From a cyanobacterium endosymbiont of Rhopalodia gibba (lineage in GTDB: Bacteria > Cyanobacteriota > Cyanobacteriia > Cyanobacteriales > Microcystaceae), in the NCBI GenBank assembly GCA_045159875.1, contig CP067995.1, positions 1,376,001 through 1,440,000 of the forward strand: a DNA stretch of 64,000 nt, given 5' to 3'. Of the stretch, positions 33,724 to 44,872 are shown piece by piece. The position numbers were made by a program, and so were the translations under genes. The notes under the pieces were generated by a model. That model worked only from the letters and a program-made list of their open reading frames with translations. It ran no database searches and had not been told where the DNA came from. Each line of letters starts with the position of its first letter. Within the stretch, counting starts at the first letter, position 1.

Positions 33724-34640
33724 TTTATTGAGACTCAAATATGTCTAGCTATTCAACGTTTCACTGTAAACAAATATTTTTCTTTAACCATTAGTAGTAG
33801 AACCAATACAAAAAACTAAATATTTTGCTATATATTAAGTTCAAATGATATCGAAGGATAGGGAGAGGCTTCTCCTTTTTTACGTATTTTTTTAAAAAAA
33901 ACTAGCAAACATATTCTACACAAATTCTAACCTAGAATCCCAATTCTAGAGCAATTAAAACCAGTTTCAAAGCAAACAATATTATCTCATCCATCTATAT
34001 AAATGTCGATATAGTTCTTTATTTTCTAATTCTATTAGCTTAATTTTGGAGACAGACTTGCATCTAGTAATTGCTCTTTTTTAGCTATTTTTTATATTGT
34101 ATTCATTTAAGAGCACTAGTAAGTTATTACTAGCATTTTACATTCATCTGAAATAGGAGAATAAATTTAGATTTACTTCTCTTACCATAGTCATATCCTC
34201 AATATGACAGTTTAGTTAGTTTATTCCTGGTGAGAAGATAGGTTAACCAAGATCAAACTCAATCCTCTATTAGATGACAATATCTTACAGCAACTCGAAC
34301 TGTCTCTTCCTTATTAATTAGGATTAATAGGTAAAAAAAATGCGATATGACTCAAATGAATTATTAAGAGGTTTAGATTTATTATTAAGTTTTCATTTGA
34401 CTGAAAGTCATGGTAATAACAGCAGTTTTCCTTTGGATAGATTAAAGTAAAAAAAATGTTAGTTGCATAAAAGATGCAGCTATATTCTATAGATAGTTCC
34501 AATGAAATTACAGAAATCAACAATAAATTCTACCAATTAACTCAACAACTAATTAGTTGATATATCCACTACTATTTTTATGAAACATCTAATTCAAATC
34601 TGCTAGAATTTAATGGTTAAACGATATTTCAAGTTAGGTT

Positions 34641-34690
34641 ATTGTCTCGTGCTGTAATTTTTTCTAAAAAAAATTACAGCACGAGACAAT
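34641..34690. terminator. 23-bp perfect inverted repeat 87 nt past the lgt stop
   Basis: attgtctcgtgctgtaatttttt-ctaa-aaaaaattacagcacgagacaat. Confidence 0.75.
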
Positions 34691-34776
34691 TTTATTCAGT
34701 AGAATAATTTATATCTCTTACTAGAATTTTTTTTTGATATTTAAACAGTTTGTTGAGTAGAAAAACCAGATGTTCA

Positions 34777-35631
34777 TTAATAACGAACATCTGGTAGTGA
34801 GCGCTTCGCCTTATAGAGCCAAATTAAACCCAAAATTCCCAATCCTATCATGACTAAACTAATCACTTGAGCAATTTTTAGATAGCCTAACATTAGGCTA
34901 TCTGTTCTCAATACTTCTATCCAAAATCTTCCAAAACTGTAGGCTATTAAATAGACTAAAGATAATGTACCTACTTGGATTTTGTCTCTATGTCTTAATC
35001 CCCAAAAAAATAGACTTAATAACAAAAAAAATACTAACAAATTCCAAATAAATTCATACAAGAAAGTAGGATGAAAATATTCCTGATCAATATATATTAA
35101 AGGACGGTAATTTACAGGAATATACAGTTTCCATGGTAAATTAGTCGGAGAACCAAAAGCTTCTGAATTAAAGAAATTTCCCCATCGTCCAATGGCTTGT
35201 CCTAAGGTTAAAGATGGCACAATTAAATCTGCCAACTGCCAAACAGAAACTTTATTTAAACTAGCAAAAATAATAGTTGCTAAAGTTCCTCCTATAATGG
35301 CTCCATGAATGGCAATTCCACCTTTCCAAATAGCAATAATATCCCCTGGATTTTGAGCGTATTGTTGCCATTCAAAGATGACATAATAAAGTCGAGCACA
35401 GGGAATAGCGGAAATTACCAACCAAATCACTAGATCAGCCACTAAATTGGGATCAACCTGACGTTTTTTGGCTAACCATTGGGATAAAGCAACACCAATT
35501 AAGACTGAAGACGAGATCAATAGGCCATACCAACGAATAGCAAAAAAACCAATTTCAAAGATAATTGGCCCTGGAGATTGAAACTGAAACCCTAATAAAC
35601 TGTTCATTATCCAAATTAATAGTTGAGACAT
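34777..35631 (-). CDS. lgt: Prolipoprotein diacylglyceryl transferase
   Basis: [44 protein letters not shown] and [10 protein letters not shown]. Confidence 0.96.
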   Translation of the reverse strand: MSQLLIWIMNSLLGFQFQSPGPIIFEIGFFAIRWYGLLISSSVLIGVALSQWLAKKRQVDPNLVADLVIWLVISAIPCARLYYVIFEWQQYAQNPGDIIAIWKGGIAIHGAIIGGTLATIIFASLNKVSVWQLADLIVPSLTLGQAIGRWGNFFNSEAFGSPTNLPWKLYIPVNYRPLIYIDQEYFHPTFLYEFIWNLLVFFLLLSLFFWGLRHRDKIQVGTLSLVYLIAYSFGRFWIEVLRTDSLMLGYLKIAQVISLVMIGLGILGLIWLYKAKRSLPDVRY

Positions 35632-35758
35632 CGGAGAAATAGAGTGTCAATACCAAAGTTAATCAAGTGCAATTGCATGGATCAATAGCTTTTGACCTCT
35701 ACGAAGTTAGCAGTTAAATGTTTTCTCCTTGTTATTTTCTCATAGTTCTCACAATTAC

Positions 35759-36823
35759 CTACTTCCATTCGGGGTGAGGTTCTACTGATAAACAAGGAGT
35801 ATATTGGTTAATCTGATTGATCATTTGATATAAACGACCAAGGTTGCGCTGGTCAAAATAAAAGACTAAGCGAGGTAAGCTTTCTGTTTCATCTCCTTTT
35901 TCACTAGGTAAAGCAGCACTTTTACAAATTGTTTCCTTGACAAGGATATCTGAATAGTCGTCATTGAGCTGGTCTACTTGTTCATCAGATAATTCTGAAT
36001 TAAGACGCATCACAAATAAATCTCCCACATAGCGACTTGAATGATACACGCAATAGAAATTATGGATAACGTTACAGGCATGAGCTAAATTGTCTGTAAC
36101 AGTATAGAGACTAAAATCTTCTGTACTAATTAATCCCCGTTGTAACAAATTCTTCTGGTTATGCTCGTTCCAAGTTTTCCAATAGTCGCCTCCAGGTTCA
36201 TCAATTAATACCAAAGGACAGGGTCCATATTTTCCTGTCTGAGAAAGAGTTAGGGTTTCAAAGACTTCATCTTGGGTGCCAAACCCTCCTGCAAATAGAG
36301 CTACTGCGTCGCTTTCTCGCAGAAAAAAGAGTTTTCGGGTAAAAAAGTATTTAAAATTAATCAATTTTGGATCATCAGCAATAAAAGGGTTGGCACTTTG
36401 TTCAAATGGTAATTGAATATTAAGTCCAAAAGAATGCTCTGGTCCTGCTCCTTCATTCCCTGCTTGCATTATTCCTCCTCCTCCTCCTGTAAGAACCATA
36501 AACCCAAGCTGAGTGATATAACGGGCAAATTCAACTGCTAAACGATACTCCGAACTTTGGGGAGACAGGCGAGACGAGCCAAAGATGGTAACTTTACGTA
36601 TGTGACGGTAAGGATAAAAAGTCTGAACCCCTTGTTCTAAGTCTTCTAGGGCAGCAGTTAAAATTTTCCAGTCGAGGCGGTCTATCTCTTCTCCCGCAAT
36701 TCTCAACAAAACAGATAATGCCCGTTGGACTAGGGTGCCGTGTTGATGTTCTGACAATTTTGCTATCAATTCCCCTATGTCCTTAGCTAAAGAAGGGATT
36801 GTATTATCTTTTGATAAAGTCAT
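35759..36823 (-). CDS. LOG family (TIGR00730) nucleotide phosphoribohydrolase, long cyanobacterial form
   Basis: VTIFGSSR, TGGGGGIMQAGNEGA, FKYFFTRK and GGFGTQDE. Confidence 0.88.
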   Translation of the reverse strand: MTLSKDNTIPSLAKDIGELIAKLSEHQHGTLVQRALSVLLRIAGEEIDRLDWKILTAALEDLEQGVQTFYPYRHIRKVTIFGSSRLSPQSSEYRLAVEFARYITQLGFMVLTGGGGGIMQAGNEGAGPEHSFGLNIQLPFEQSANPFIADDPKLINFKYFFTRKLFFLRESDAVALFAGGFGTQDEVFETLTLSQTGKYGPCPLVLIDEPGGDYWKTWNEHNQKNLLQRGLISTEDFSLYTVTDNLAHACNVIHNFYCVYHSSRYVGDLFVMRLNSELSDEQVDQLNDDYSDILVKETICKSAALPSEKGDETESLPRLVFYFDQRNLGRLYQMINQINQYTPCLSVEPHPEWK

Positions 36824-37518
36824 AGTTTTGTATTGAAGACTACCCTCATTGTATCGGAATTTCTATTTTTTAAAATAAAACTCTATATGTTTAAAAATAC
36901 ATATAATTAAAAATATAGAGCTTTACTATTAGCTTAATTTTTGTATTGTTTTACTCTTATTTTTTTAGTTTGATTGAGTAACAATTATAGTTTTTTTAGA
37001 CTAAGTATGATGAGCTGATGTTTAGTATTTTTTATAATTTTTATACTGACTGCATTCTATTATTCCAAAAACTTGGTATTTATCAAGCTCGAGTTTTTTA
37101 TATCTTGATAAATAAGTAAAACAAGACTTCTAGTTTTTATTTACTATGATTTTGTCACAGCTAGCCTAGTATAGATATACTTATTAAGTCTTCAAAAGCT
37201 AGAAAAAACTAATAGGAGTTTTCGGTTAAATAGATAGTTTTCTAAAGATGTATAGGAGTTGGAAGTCTATAAATTTTTACTATTAATATGAAAAACGGTA
37301 TGGACCTGCATCGAAAACCCTACTAACTCTTCTAGAAGAAAATAATAGATATTTTAAAAGGTGAAATAGCAATTTCTCTGTCAACTGTCATGAATTGAGT
37401 TTCATTACTAACCATTTCTATTTTTTGATTTTTGTGTACTTTTGTTTTTTAAAACGATAAAAGTGTTATTTTAAAAGTAAATGAATATTGTTTTATTAAA
37501 TAAAATTTTTAATGAAAA

Positions 37519-37677
37519 ATGGATAATTGTCCTATTTGTTCTAGTAAAATTCTACGGCATATCAATCATCACAAAATTTACTGGTATTGTCCCCATTGCC
37601 ATGAAAAGGTTCCTAATTTCACTCGGGTTTTAGTTTCTCAGAAGATTCATGAGGTTGTGAATGACGAAAAACGTTAA
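37519..37677 (+). CDS. 52-aa zinc-ribbon microprotein (CPxC...CPxC), absent from the ORF track
   Basis: MDNCPICSSKILRHINHHKIYWYCPHCHEKVPNFTRVLVSQKIHEVVNDEKR*; intact ORF in an otherwise stop-rich desert. Confidence 0.7.
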   Translation: MDNCPICSSKILRHINHHKIYWYCPHCHEKVPNFTRVLVSQKIHEVVNDEKR

Positions 37678-37970
37678 TATGTAACAGTCAAAATTAATTG
37701 TTAAACTCTTTAAAAGAGCAGGACAACATATAAATACTCATAATATGGCTGGTCTGATCAATCCCGCCATAGCGCACAGTGCACAAGGGATATGATATGG
37801 TCAGATACATTACCAAACTGTTGATTTGTCAAAAATCGGGTTGATATTTTGATGATCGATTAATAAACTTGGACAGTCAACCAATCAAATCAATCATCTC
37901 AACTCCCTTAAAGAACTTCAACAGATCAATCAAGACCATTTACTCCCCTTACGTCAAGAGAGTGCAACGT

Positions 37971-39047
37971 ATGGATTTTTTCGTGCTAGGTAAACTCTTA
38001 GCTGGATTAGTATTATTAGTCATTGGTGCAGAAGGATTAGTCAATGGTGCATCTTTCCTGGCAGCTAGTTTGGGGATTTCTCCGTTGGTCATTGGGTTAA
38101 CTATTGTTGCTTATGGGACAAGTTCACCCGAAATGGCTGTGGCTATTCAATCAAGTTTTGCCGGACAAGCCGATATTGCGTTGGGGAATGTAGTTGGTAG
38201 TAATATTTTTAATGTCTTAGTCATTTTAGGGTTATCCGCCTTGGCAATGCCTTTAATAGTGGCAAAACAGTTAATTAGACTTGAGGTTCCCATCATGATT
38301 GGAATTTCATTCCTAACTTTGTTGTTTGGATTTGACGGCTTGATTAACCGCTCAGATGGATTAATTTTAGTAATCGGTGGAATTATTTATACTATTTTTC
38401 TCATTTATCAAGGGTCAAAACAACCTCCTGAAGAAAAAGAATATGAAAAATATACCGTCTTAGGAGATGTTTCAGTTTTTCAATGGGTGAAGAATTTGGG
38501 GTTAATGTTAGGGGGAACAGGGCTATTAATTTTAGGCTCTCGTTGGTTGGTGGAAAGTTCTACTAGCATCGCCCTCACCATTGGGGTTAGTGAATTAGTT
38601 ATCGGTTTGACGATTGTTGCAGTGGGAACGTCATTACCAGAATTGGCTACCTCCGTTATGGCTACTTTAAAAGGAGAGCGAGATATTGCGGTTGGTAACG
38701 TGATTGGAAGTAACATATTTAATATTTCGGCTGTATTAGGTATAGGGGCTATGGTTTCTCCTCAAGGCATCCCTGTTTCTAGTGCTGCAATTGGATTTGA
38801 TCTACCAGTGATGATTGCCATCACTATTTCTTGTTTACCTATTTTCCTTACAGGACATGTAATTGACCGTTGGGAAGGATTACTGTTTGTTAGTTATTAT
38901 ATTGCCTACACAACTTATTTGATTCTACGTTCGACGGAACACAATAGTCTACAGATATTCAGTAATATCATGCTCCTTGTTGTTATTCCCCTTACTGTAC
39001 TGACTTTAACTATAGCCACAGTCAATAGTTTATGGAAACAAAGGTAA
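37971..39047 (+). CDS. Ca2+/cation (CaCA, YrbG-like) antiporter
   Basis: Two alpha repeats GTSSPE/GTSLPE with GNVVGSNIFN/GNVIGSNIFN; ATG 37971 preferred over TTG 37869. Confidence 0.9.
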   Translation: MDFFVLGKLLAGLVLLVIGAEGLVNGASFLAASLGISPLVIGLTIVAYGTSSPEMAVAIQSSFAGQADIALGNVVGSNIFNVLVILGLSALAMPLIVAKQLIRLEVPIMIGISFLTLLFGFDGLINRSDGLILVIGGIIYTIFLIYQGSKQPPEEKEYEKYTVLGDVSVFQWVKNLGLMLGGTGLLILGSRWLVESSTSIALTIGVSELVIGLTIVAVGTSLPELATSVMATLKGERDIAVGNVIGSNIFNISAVLGIGAMVSPQGIPVSSAAIGFDLPVMIAITISCLPIFLTGHVIDRWEGLLFVSYYIAYTTYLILRSTEHNSLQIFSNIMLLVVIPLTVLTLTIATVNSLWKQR

Positions 39048-39374
39048 AACGATAAATTTTCCCCAATGAGTATTTAAGTTGTTCCTCGTCAATAGCTATT
39101 ATAAAGACTTCAATTAGAGTTATTCTCGACCCAAACTATTTATCCGAAGAGGTGTATTAGTAAGGATTGTATTTATCTATGCTGCCAACAGTAGTTTTTA
39201 ACACTCTATTCTCGATATAGGTCATAAAATTGTTATTTAGAACACTTAATTAATGCAATCTCTGTAATATTTTTCATAAACTACTAACTGAAAAAATAAA
39301 TAAAGATATCACGGAGAATCATTAACAAAATGAATTAGAGTTTTTTAATGAAGATAAAAAATAAAAGAAGAGAT

Positions 39375-39409
39375 TATTTTCTGTGTCATTAATAATAACA
39401 CAGAAAATA
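39375..39409. terminator. Stem-loop between the convergent antiporter and YvlD-like genes
   Basis: tattttctgtgt...acacagaaaata 12-bp stem with inner extension. Confidence 0.5.
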
Positions 39410-39563
39410 GATTAGTCAAATAGCTGGACTAAGAAAATTTAAATTAAATAAGAAATGTTAAATAATTAAATATAAAAAAAATTTGACGATAATATTTTTT
39501 AAACTTGTGTTTGTTAGAAAACAACTCTGATGTTAAATACTGGCAAAAGTATAAACCTAAAAG

Positions 39564-39908
39564 TTACTCTTTAGTCTCTAATAATTGACTAAGAAATCCA
39601 GAAACAAGAGATAAAATAATTGAACCCAATAAGGCATCCCAAAAGGTATTAATGCTAAACCCTGGGGTAAAATAACTCACTAAAGAAAAAGCAATAGCAT
39701 TAACCACAAATAAAAACAATCCTAAACTCAAAAAAGTCAAAGGAAGTGTAAATAAAATTAGAATAGGCCGAACAATAGCATTAACTACCCCCATCACAAT
39801 AGCAGCAAAGACAGCAGCAACAAGAGATTCAATGAAAATACCTGGAATAACATAAGCCGTAATTAATAGTGAGATTGCTGTGATAAGCCACGTAAATAAA
39901 AATTGCAT
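39564..39908 (-). CDS. YvlD/DUF360 (phage_holin_4_2) family 4-TM membrane protein
   Basis: GVVNAIVRPILILFTLPLTFLSLGLFLFVVNA and FWDALLGSIILS. Confidence 0.88.
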   Translation of the reverse strand: MQFLFTWLITAISLLITAYVIPGIFIESLVAAVFAAIVMGVVNAIVRPILILFTLPLTFLSLGLFLFVVNAIAFSLVSYFTPGFSINTFWDALLGSIILSLVSGFLSQLLETKE

Positions 39909-40021
39909 GTTAGTTATTCAACCTCTTTTTAAGAAGAGACAGATCAAGTTTATAGGAGTAAACAATGATCATGTCCCGTTAAAAGATTTCCCTAATTATC
40001 ACTATTTATTATTAGCTTAAA

Positions 40022-42430
40022 TTAGTAAGGCCATTTCCATTCAGTTATTTCCGGTTTGTCGATGCCATTTTCATAGGCATAAGCCTTATGTTCTATAATA
40101 GCATTTTTCATACGTTCATGAACATAAGCGGCAGCTGACCCTAATTTAGAAACACGGTGAATGACATCAATCACTAAATTAAAGCGATCAATTTGATTAT
40201 TTATCGCTAATTCGAAGGGGGTATTAATATTACCCTTTTCTTTATAACCACGAACATGAAGGTTAGCATGGTTAGTGCGACGATAGGTTAACTTATGAAT
40301 TAACCAAGGGTAGCCGTGAAAGTTAAAAATAATCGGCTTATCTTTAGTAAACAAGTTGTCAAAATCCCAATCTGAAAGTCCATGAGGATGTTCTCGTTCC
40401 GGTTGTAATTTAAACAAGTCAACTACATTAACAAACCGCACTTTTAACGTAGGAAATTCTTCTCGTAAAATAGCAGTAGCGGCTAAAGCCTCTTTAGTGG
40501 CAATGTCACCACAAGAGGCCATGACCACATCAGGGATATCAAGTTCTGTGCCACAATCATCGTTACTAGCCCAATTCCAAATACCAATGCCCTTTGTACA
40601 ATGTTCAACAGCTTTTTCTATGCTTAAATATTGAAGGTGTTTCTGTTTATCGGAAACGATGACGTTAACATAGTTCTTACTTCGGAAACAATGATCTCCA
40701 ACAGACAGCAAACAGTTAGCGTCGGGGGGAAAATACACTCGAACTACGTCTGCACTCTTATTGGTAACAAGATCAACATATCCTGGATCTTGGTGACTAA
40801 ACCCATTATGATCCTGTCGCCAAACAGTTGAAGACAACATGATATTTAGGGAAGAAATCGATGCCCGCCAAGAGACTTTATTTTTGCAGATATCAAGCCA
40901 TTTAGCATGCTGGTTAAACATTGAGTCAACTACGTGAGCAAACGCCTCATAGGTGTGGAAGAATCCGTGACGACCTGTTAATAAATAGCCTTCTAGCCAT
41001 CCTTGTAACGTATGTTCGCTCAGTATTTCCATTACCCGTCCATCAGTAGCAATTTCAGTGCCGTCAGCATCTTCAGGGAGAATCTCAGCCATCCAGACTT
41101 TTTTACTTACTTGGTAAATATTGCTTAGACGATTAGAGGCAGTCTCATCAGGACCAAAAACACGGAAGTTAGTCATGTTGTTAGCCATGATATCCCGTAA
41201 AAAATTTCCAAACAAGAAAGTATTTCCTGCCTTTATTGTTCCAGGCTTGCTTACCTCAACCTTATAGTTACGGAAGTCAGGCATTTCAAGGTCTTTACGG
41301 AGTAACCCTCCATTGGCGTGAGGATTAGCACTGATACGGCGATAGCTAATGGGAGCAAGTTTCTGTAATTCGGGAATTAATGTACCATTTTCATCAAAAA
41401 GTTCTTCGGGTTTGTAACTCTTCATCCAGTCTTCAAGAACTTTTAGGTGAGCAGCATTATTGTGCATTTCTGACAAGGGAACTTGATGTGATCGCCAGAA
41501 GTTTTCTGTCTTTTTGCCATCTACTTCTTTAGGACCTGTCCATCCTTTTGGAGAACGTAACACAATCATTGGCCACATGGGGCGTTTAGCTGTCCCACTG
41601 CTATACGCTTCTTGTTGAATTCGTTTAATTTCTTTGATCGCTGCTTCCAGGGTAGCGGCCATTTTCTGATGCATTACTTCAGGATCAGACCCTTCGACAA
41701 AGTAAGGGTTATAACCGTACCCCTTAAAGAGAGATTCTAGTTCTTCATGACTAATACGAGCCAAAATTGTTGGATTAGCAATTTTATAACCGTTGAGGTG
41801 CAAAATAGGTAACACAGCACCATCGCGGATGGGGTTGAGAAATTTATTAGAATGCCAAGAAGTGGCTAATGGTCCAGTCTCTGCTTCTCCATCTCCTACC
41901 ACGGCAGCAACGATAAGGTTGGGGTTATCTAAGGCCGCGCCGTAGGCGTGGGAGAGACAATAGCCCAATTCTCCCCCTTCATGAATTGAGCCAGGAATTT
42001 CTGGAGTACAATGGCTACCGATTCCCCCAGGAAAGGAAAATTGCTTGAAAAACTTTTTCATTCCCTCCTCATCTTGCCTTTTATCAGGGTAAGTCTCAGA
42101 ATAAGTTCCTTCAAGATACACTGGACCAAGTATTCCGGGAGCGCCGTGACCAGGACCTGCCAGATAAATCACCTCTAAATCATATTTTTTAATCAGGCGA
42201 TTGAGGTGGATATAAATAAAGCTCAAACCAGGACTTGAGCCCCAATGTCCTAACAAACGGTGTTTAATGTGTTCTTCCTTCAAAGGTTCTTTGAGTAAAG
42301 GATTATCTTGTAGATAAATCATCCCAACAGCAAGGTAGTTACAAGCTCGCCAATAAGCATGAATTTTTTGCAACTCGCTGCTAGAAAGAGGGGTTTGTTC
42401 TAAGGTTAGTTTTTCCGGTGTAGCTGTCAT
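40022..42430 (-). CDS. xfp: Xylulose-5-phosphate/fructose-6-phosphate phosphoketolase
   Basis: [32 protein letters not shown] (TPP), PDETASNRL and [13 protein letters not shown]. Confidence 0.96.
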   Translation of the reverse strand: MTATPEKLTLEQTPLSSSELQKIHAYWRACNYLAVGMIYLQDNPLLKEPLKEEHIKHRLLGHWGSSPGLSFIYIHLNRLIKKYDLEVIYLAGPGHGAPGILGPVYLEGTYSETYPDKRQDEEGMKKFFKQFSFPGGIGSHCTPEIPGSIHEGGELGYCLSHAYGAALDNPNLIVAAVVGDGEAETGPLATSWHSNKFLNPIRDGAVLPILHLNGYKIANPTILARISHEELESLFKGYGYNPYFVEGSDPEVMHQKMAATLEAAIKEIKRIQQEAYSSGTAKRPMWPMIVLRSPKGWTGPKEVDGKKTENFWRSHQVPLSEMHNNAAHLKVLEDWMKSYKPEELFDENGTLIPELQKLAPISYRRISANPHANGGLLRKDLEMPDFRNYKVEVSKPGTIKAGNTFLFGNFLRDIMANNMTNFRVFGPDETASNRLSNIYQVSKKVWMAEILPEDADGTEIATDGRVMEILSEHTLQGWLEGYLLTGRHGFFHTYEAFAHVVDSMFNQHAKWLDICKNKVSWRASISSLNIMLSSTVWRQDHNGFSHQDPGYVDLVTNKSADVVRVYFPPDANCLLSVGDHCFRSKNYVNVIVSDKQKHLQYLSIEKAVEHCTKGIGIWNWASNDDCGTELDIPDVVMASCGDIATKEALAATAILREEFPTLKVRFVNVVDLFKLQPEREHPHGLSDWDFDNLFTKDKPIIFNFHGYPWLIHKLTYRRTNHANLHVRGYKEKGNINTPFELAINNQIDRFNLVIDVIHRVSKLGSAAAYVHERMKNAIIEHKAYAYENGIDKPEITEWKWPY

Positions 42431-42959
42431 AGTTTATTATTTTAAAATTGCATCTTAAGTTAATTATTATAAATTATTGACTGTTAGTATAGTCATTTCT
42501 TTTAGGTTTATTTTCCTGTAAGGAAATAAAATAATTATCATAAAATGGTAACTATAGTTTTTTAGCCTAGCTGTGACACTATTTTTTTTATAGAAAATAA
42601 AGAATGTTACTTTAAAAAGCTCTTAAAACTATCAGAACTTAGTGCTTATATAGATTAAGTATTTGGAGTGACAGATTTTCATTAGAATAATAGTTTTGAA
42701 GATTGTTAGTTACCAATCTGTTCTGTAATTTTTAGTCTGGAAGAGCTATAACTGTTTACTAATGTAGTAAGTTTAATGACTTAAAACGAACAATGTAATT
42801 AACTAGATTTTTTTAAGTTATGGGATCAAATCAGAATGACCAAAAATTGAAAAAGTTTATGAAAGACAAAAAATCAACTAAAAACTCATAAAATGTTAAT
42901 ATTTCAAGCTTTACTTAAGATATAAGTTACGGGAGATACAGTACTGTAAGGATAAATAG

Positions 42960-44054
<1,095 letters not shown>

Positions 44055-44521
44055 TTTTTCCGGATCTTCTAGACTAGCTGTGGAAGAGCTATAATTAGGT
44101 TACACTACACTCTTCCCCGATTTATAAAGTAGAAGTTATAGAGTGTTTAATTGATTCATCTAAAAGAGAACATCTAGTTCCCCATCATAGTTTTTTAACT
44201 AGTGTTAATACTCTGCTCCTCTGTCGTAACCTCTAGCCCTAAAATTTTAGCTATATATTGAACCATGAACACTTTCAATTTGATTGACTTTTTTTACTAA
44301 AACTGTTGAAAATTTCTCCCGATTAGTCCAAAGTTCATCTGTGACTTCAATTGAATGAAGACCCTTAAATAGGAGGATTTCACTATCGAGGAGGTTTGTT
44401 AGTTCTCCAGAGCATTTCCCCAAAAACTGGGCATCACAAATTAGTCCATAGCTAGATTAAAGAAAAGGGTAAGCATTATGATCATCGTAATGATCGTTAA
44501 AAATAGAATCAGCGATTGTCC

Positions 44522-44583
44522 TTGATGTCAACAAGTTAGCCGAGATAATCGTTGATGTCAACAAGTTAGCCGAGATAATCGTT
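44522..44583. repeat. Perfect 30-bp tandem duplication in decayed DNA
   Basis: ttgatgtcaacaagttagccgagataatcg twice (44522-44551 and 44552-44581). Confidence 0.95.
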
Positions 44584-44872
44584 TAGAAATATCACCAATA
44601 ATTTTCATAAAGAATTAATCATTTTAAATAACTCGACAAATATTGATTAGCTCTAACTATAAAAAATTTTCCAAAAACATGATGTTAGAATTAATTTAGT
44701 AAGTCAACTCTAATGAGTTGAAGCCGGTCTAGAGACTAAAGAGAATTAATAATAGGTTATCCTAATTAAGGAAGTGGACTGGTTATTGTATAAATGCTCT
44801 TGACTGTTATAGAGGTTTGACCATGGAAAATCTCCCTGAGACAAGTTAAGTGACAAACTTAGATTAAAATAT

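Noticed and set aside
37740..37970. Possible yybP-ykoY riboswitch upstream of the CaCA antiporter
   Set aside because: A small hairpin is present, but I could not find the conserved riboswitch core motifs.
39564..39908. 'Phage holin' as evidence of a prophage
   Set aside because: YvlD/DUF360 proteins are common chromosomal membrane proteins, and no phage genes lie nearby.
44522..44583. 30-bp repeat as a mini-CRISPR, or a CP*CQQVS fragment as an ISL3 zinc finger
   Set aside because: Two adjacent copies with no spacer and no cas genes. The ISL3 resemblance rests on a few residues, and the opposite strand gives equally protein-like frames.
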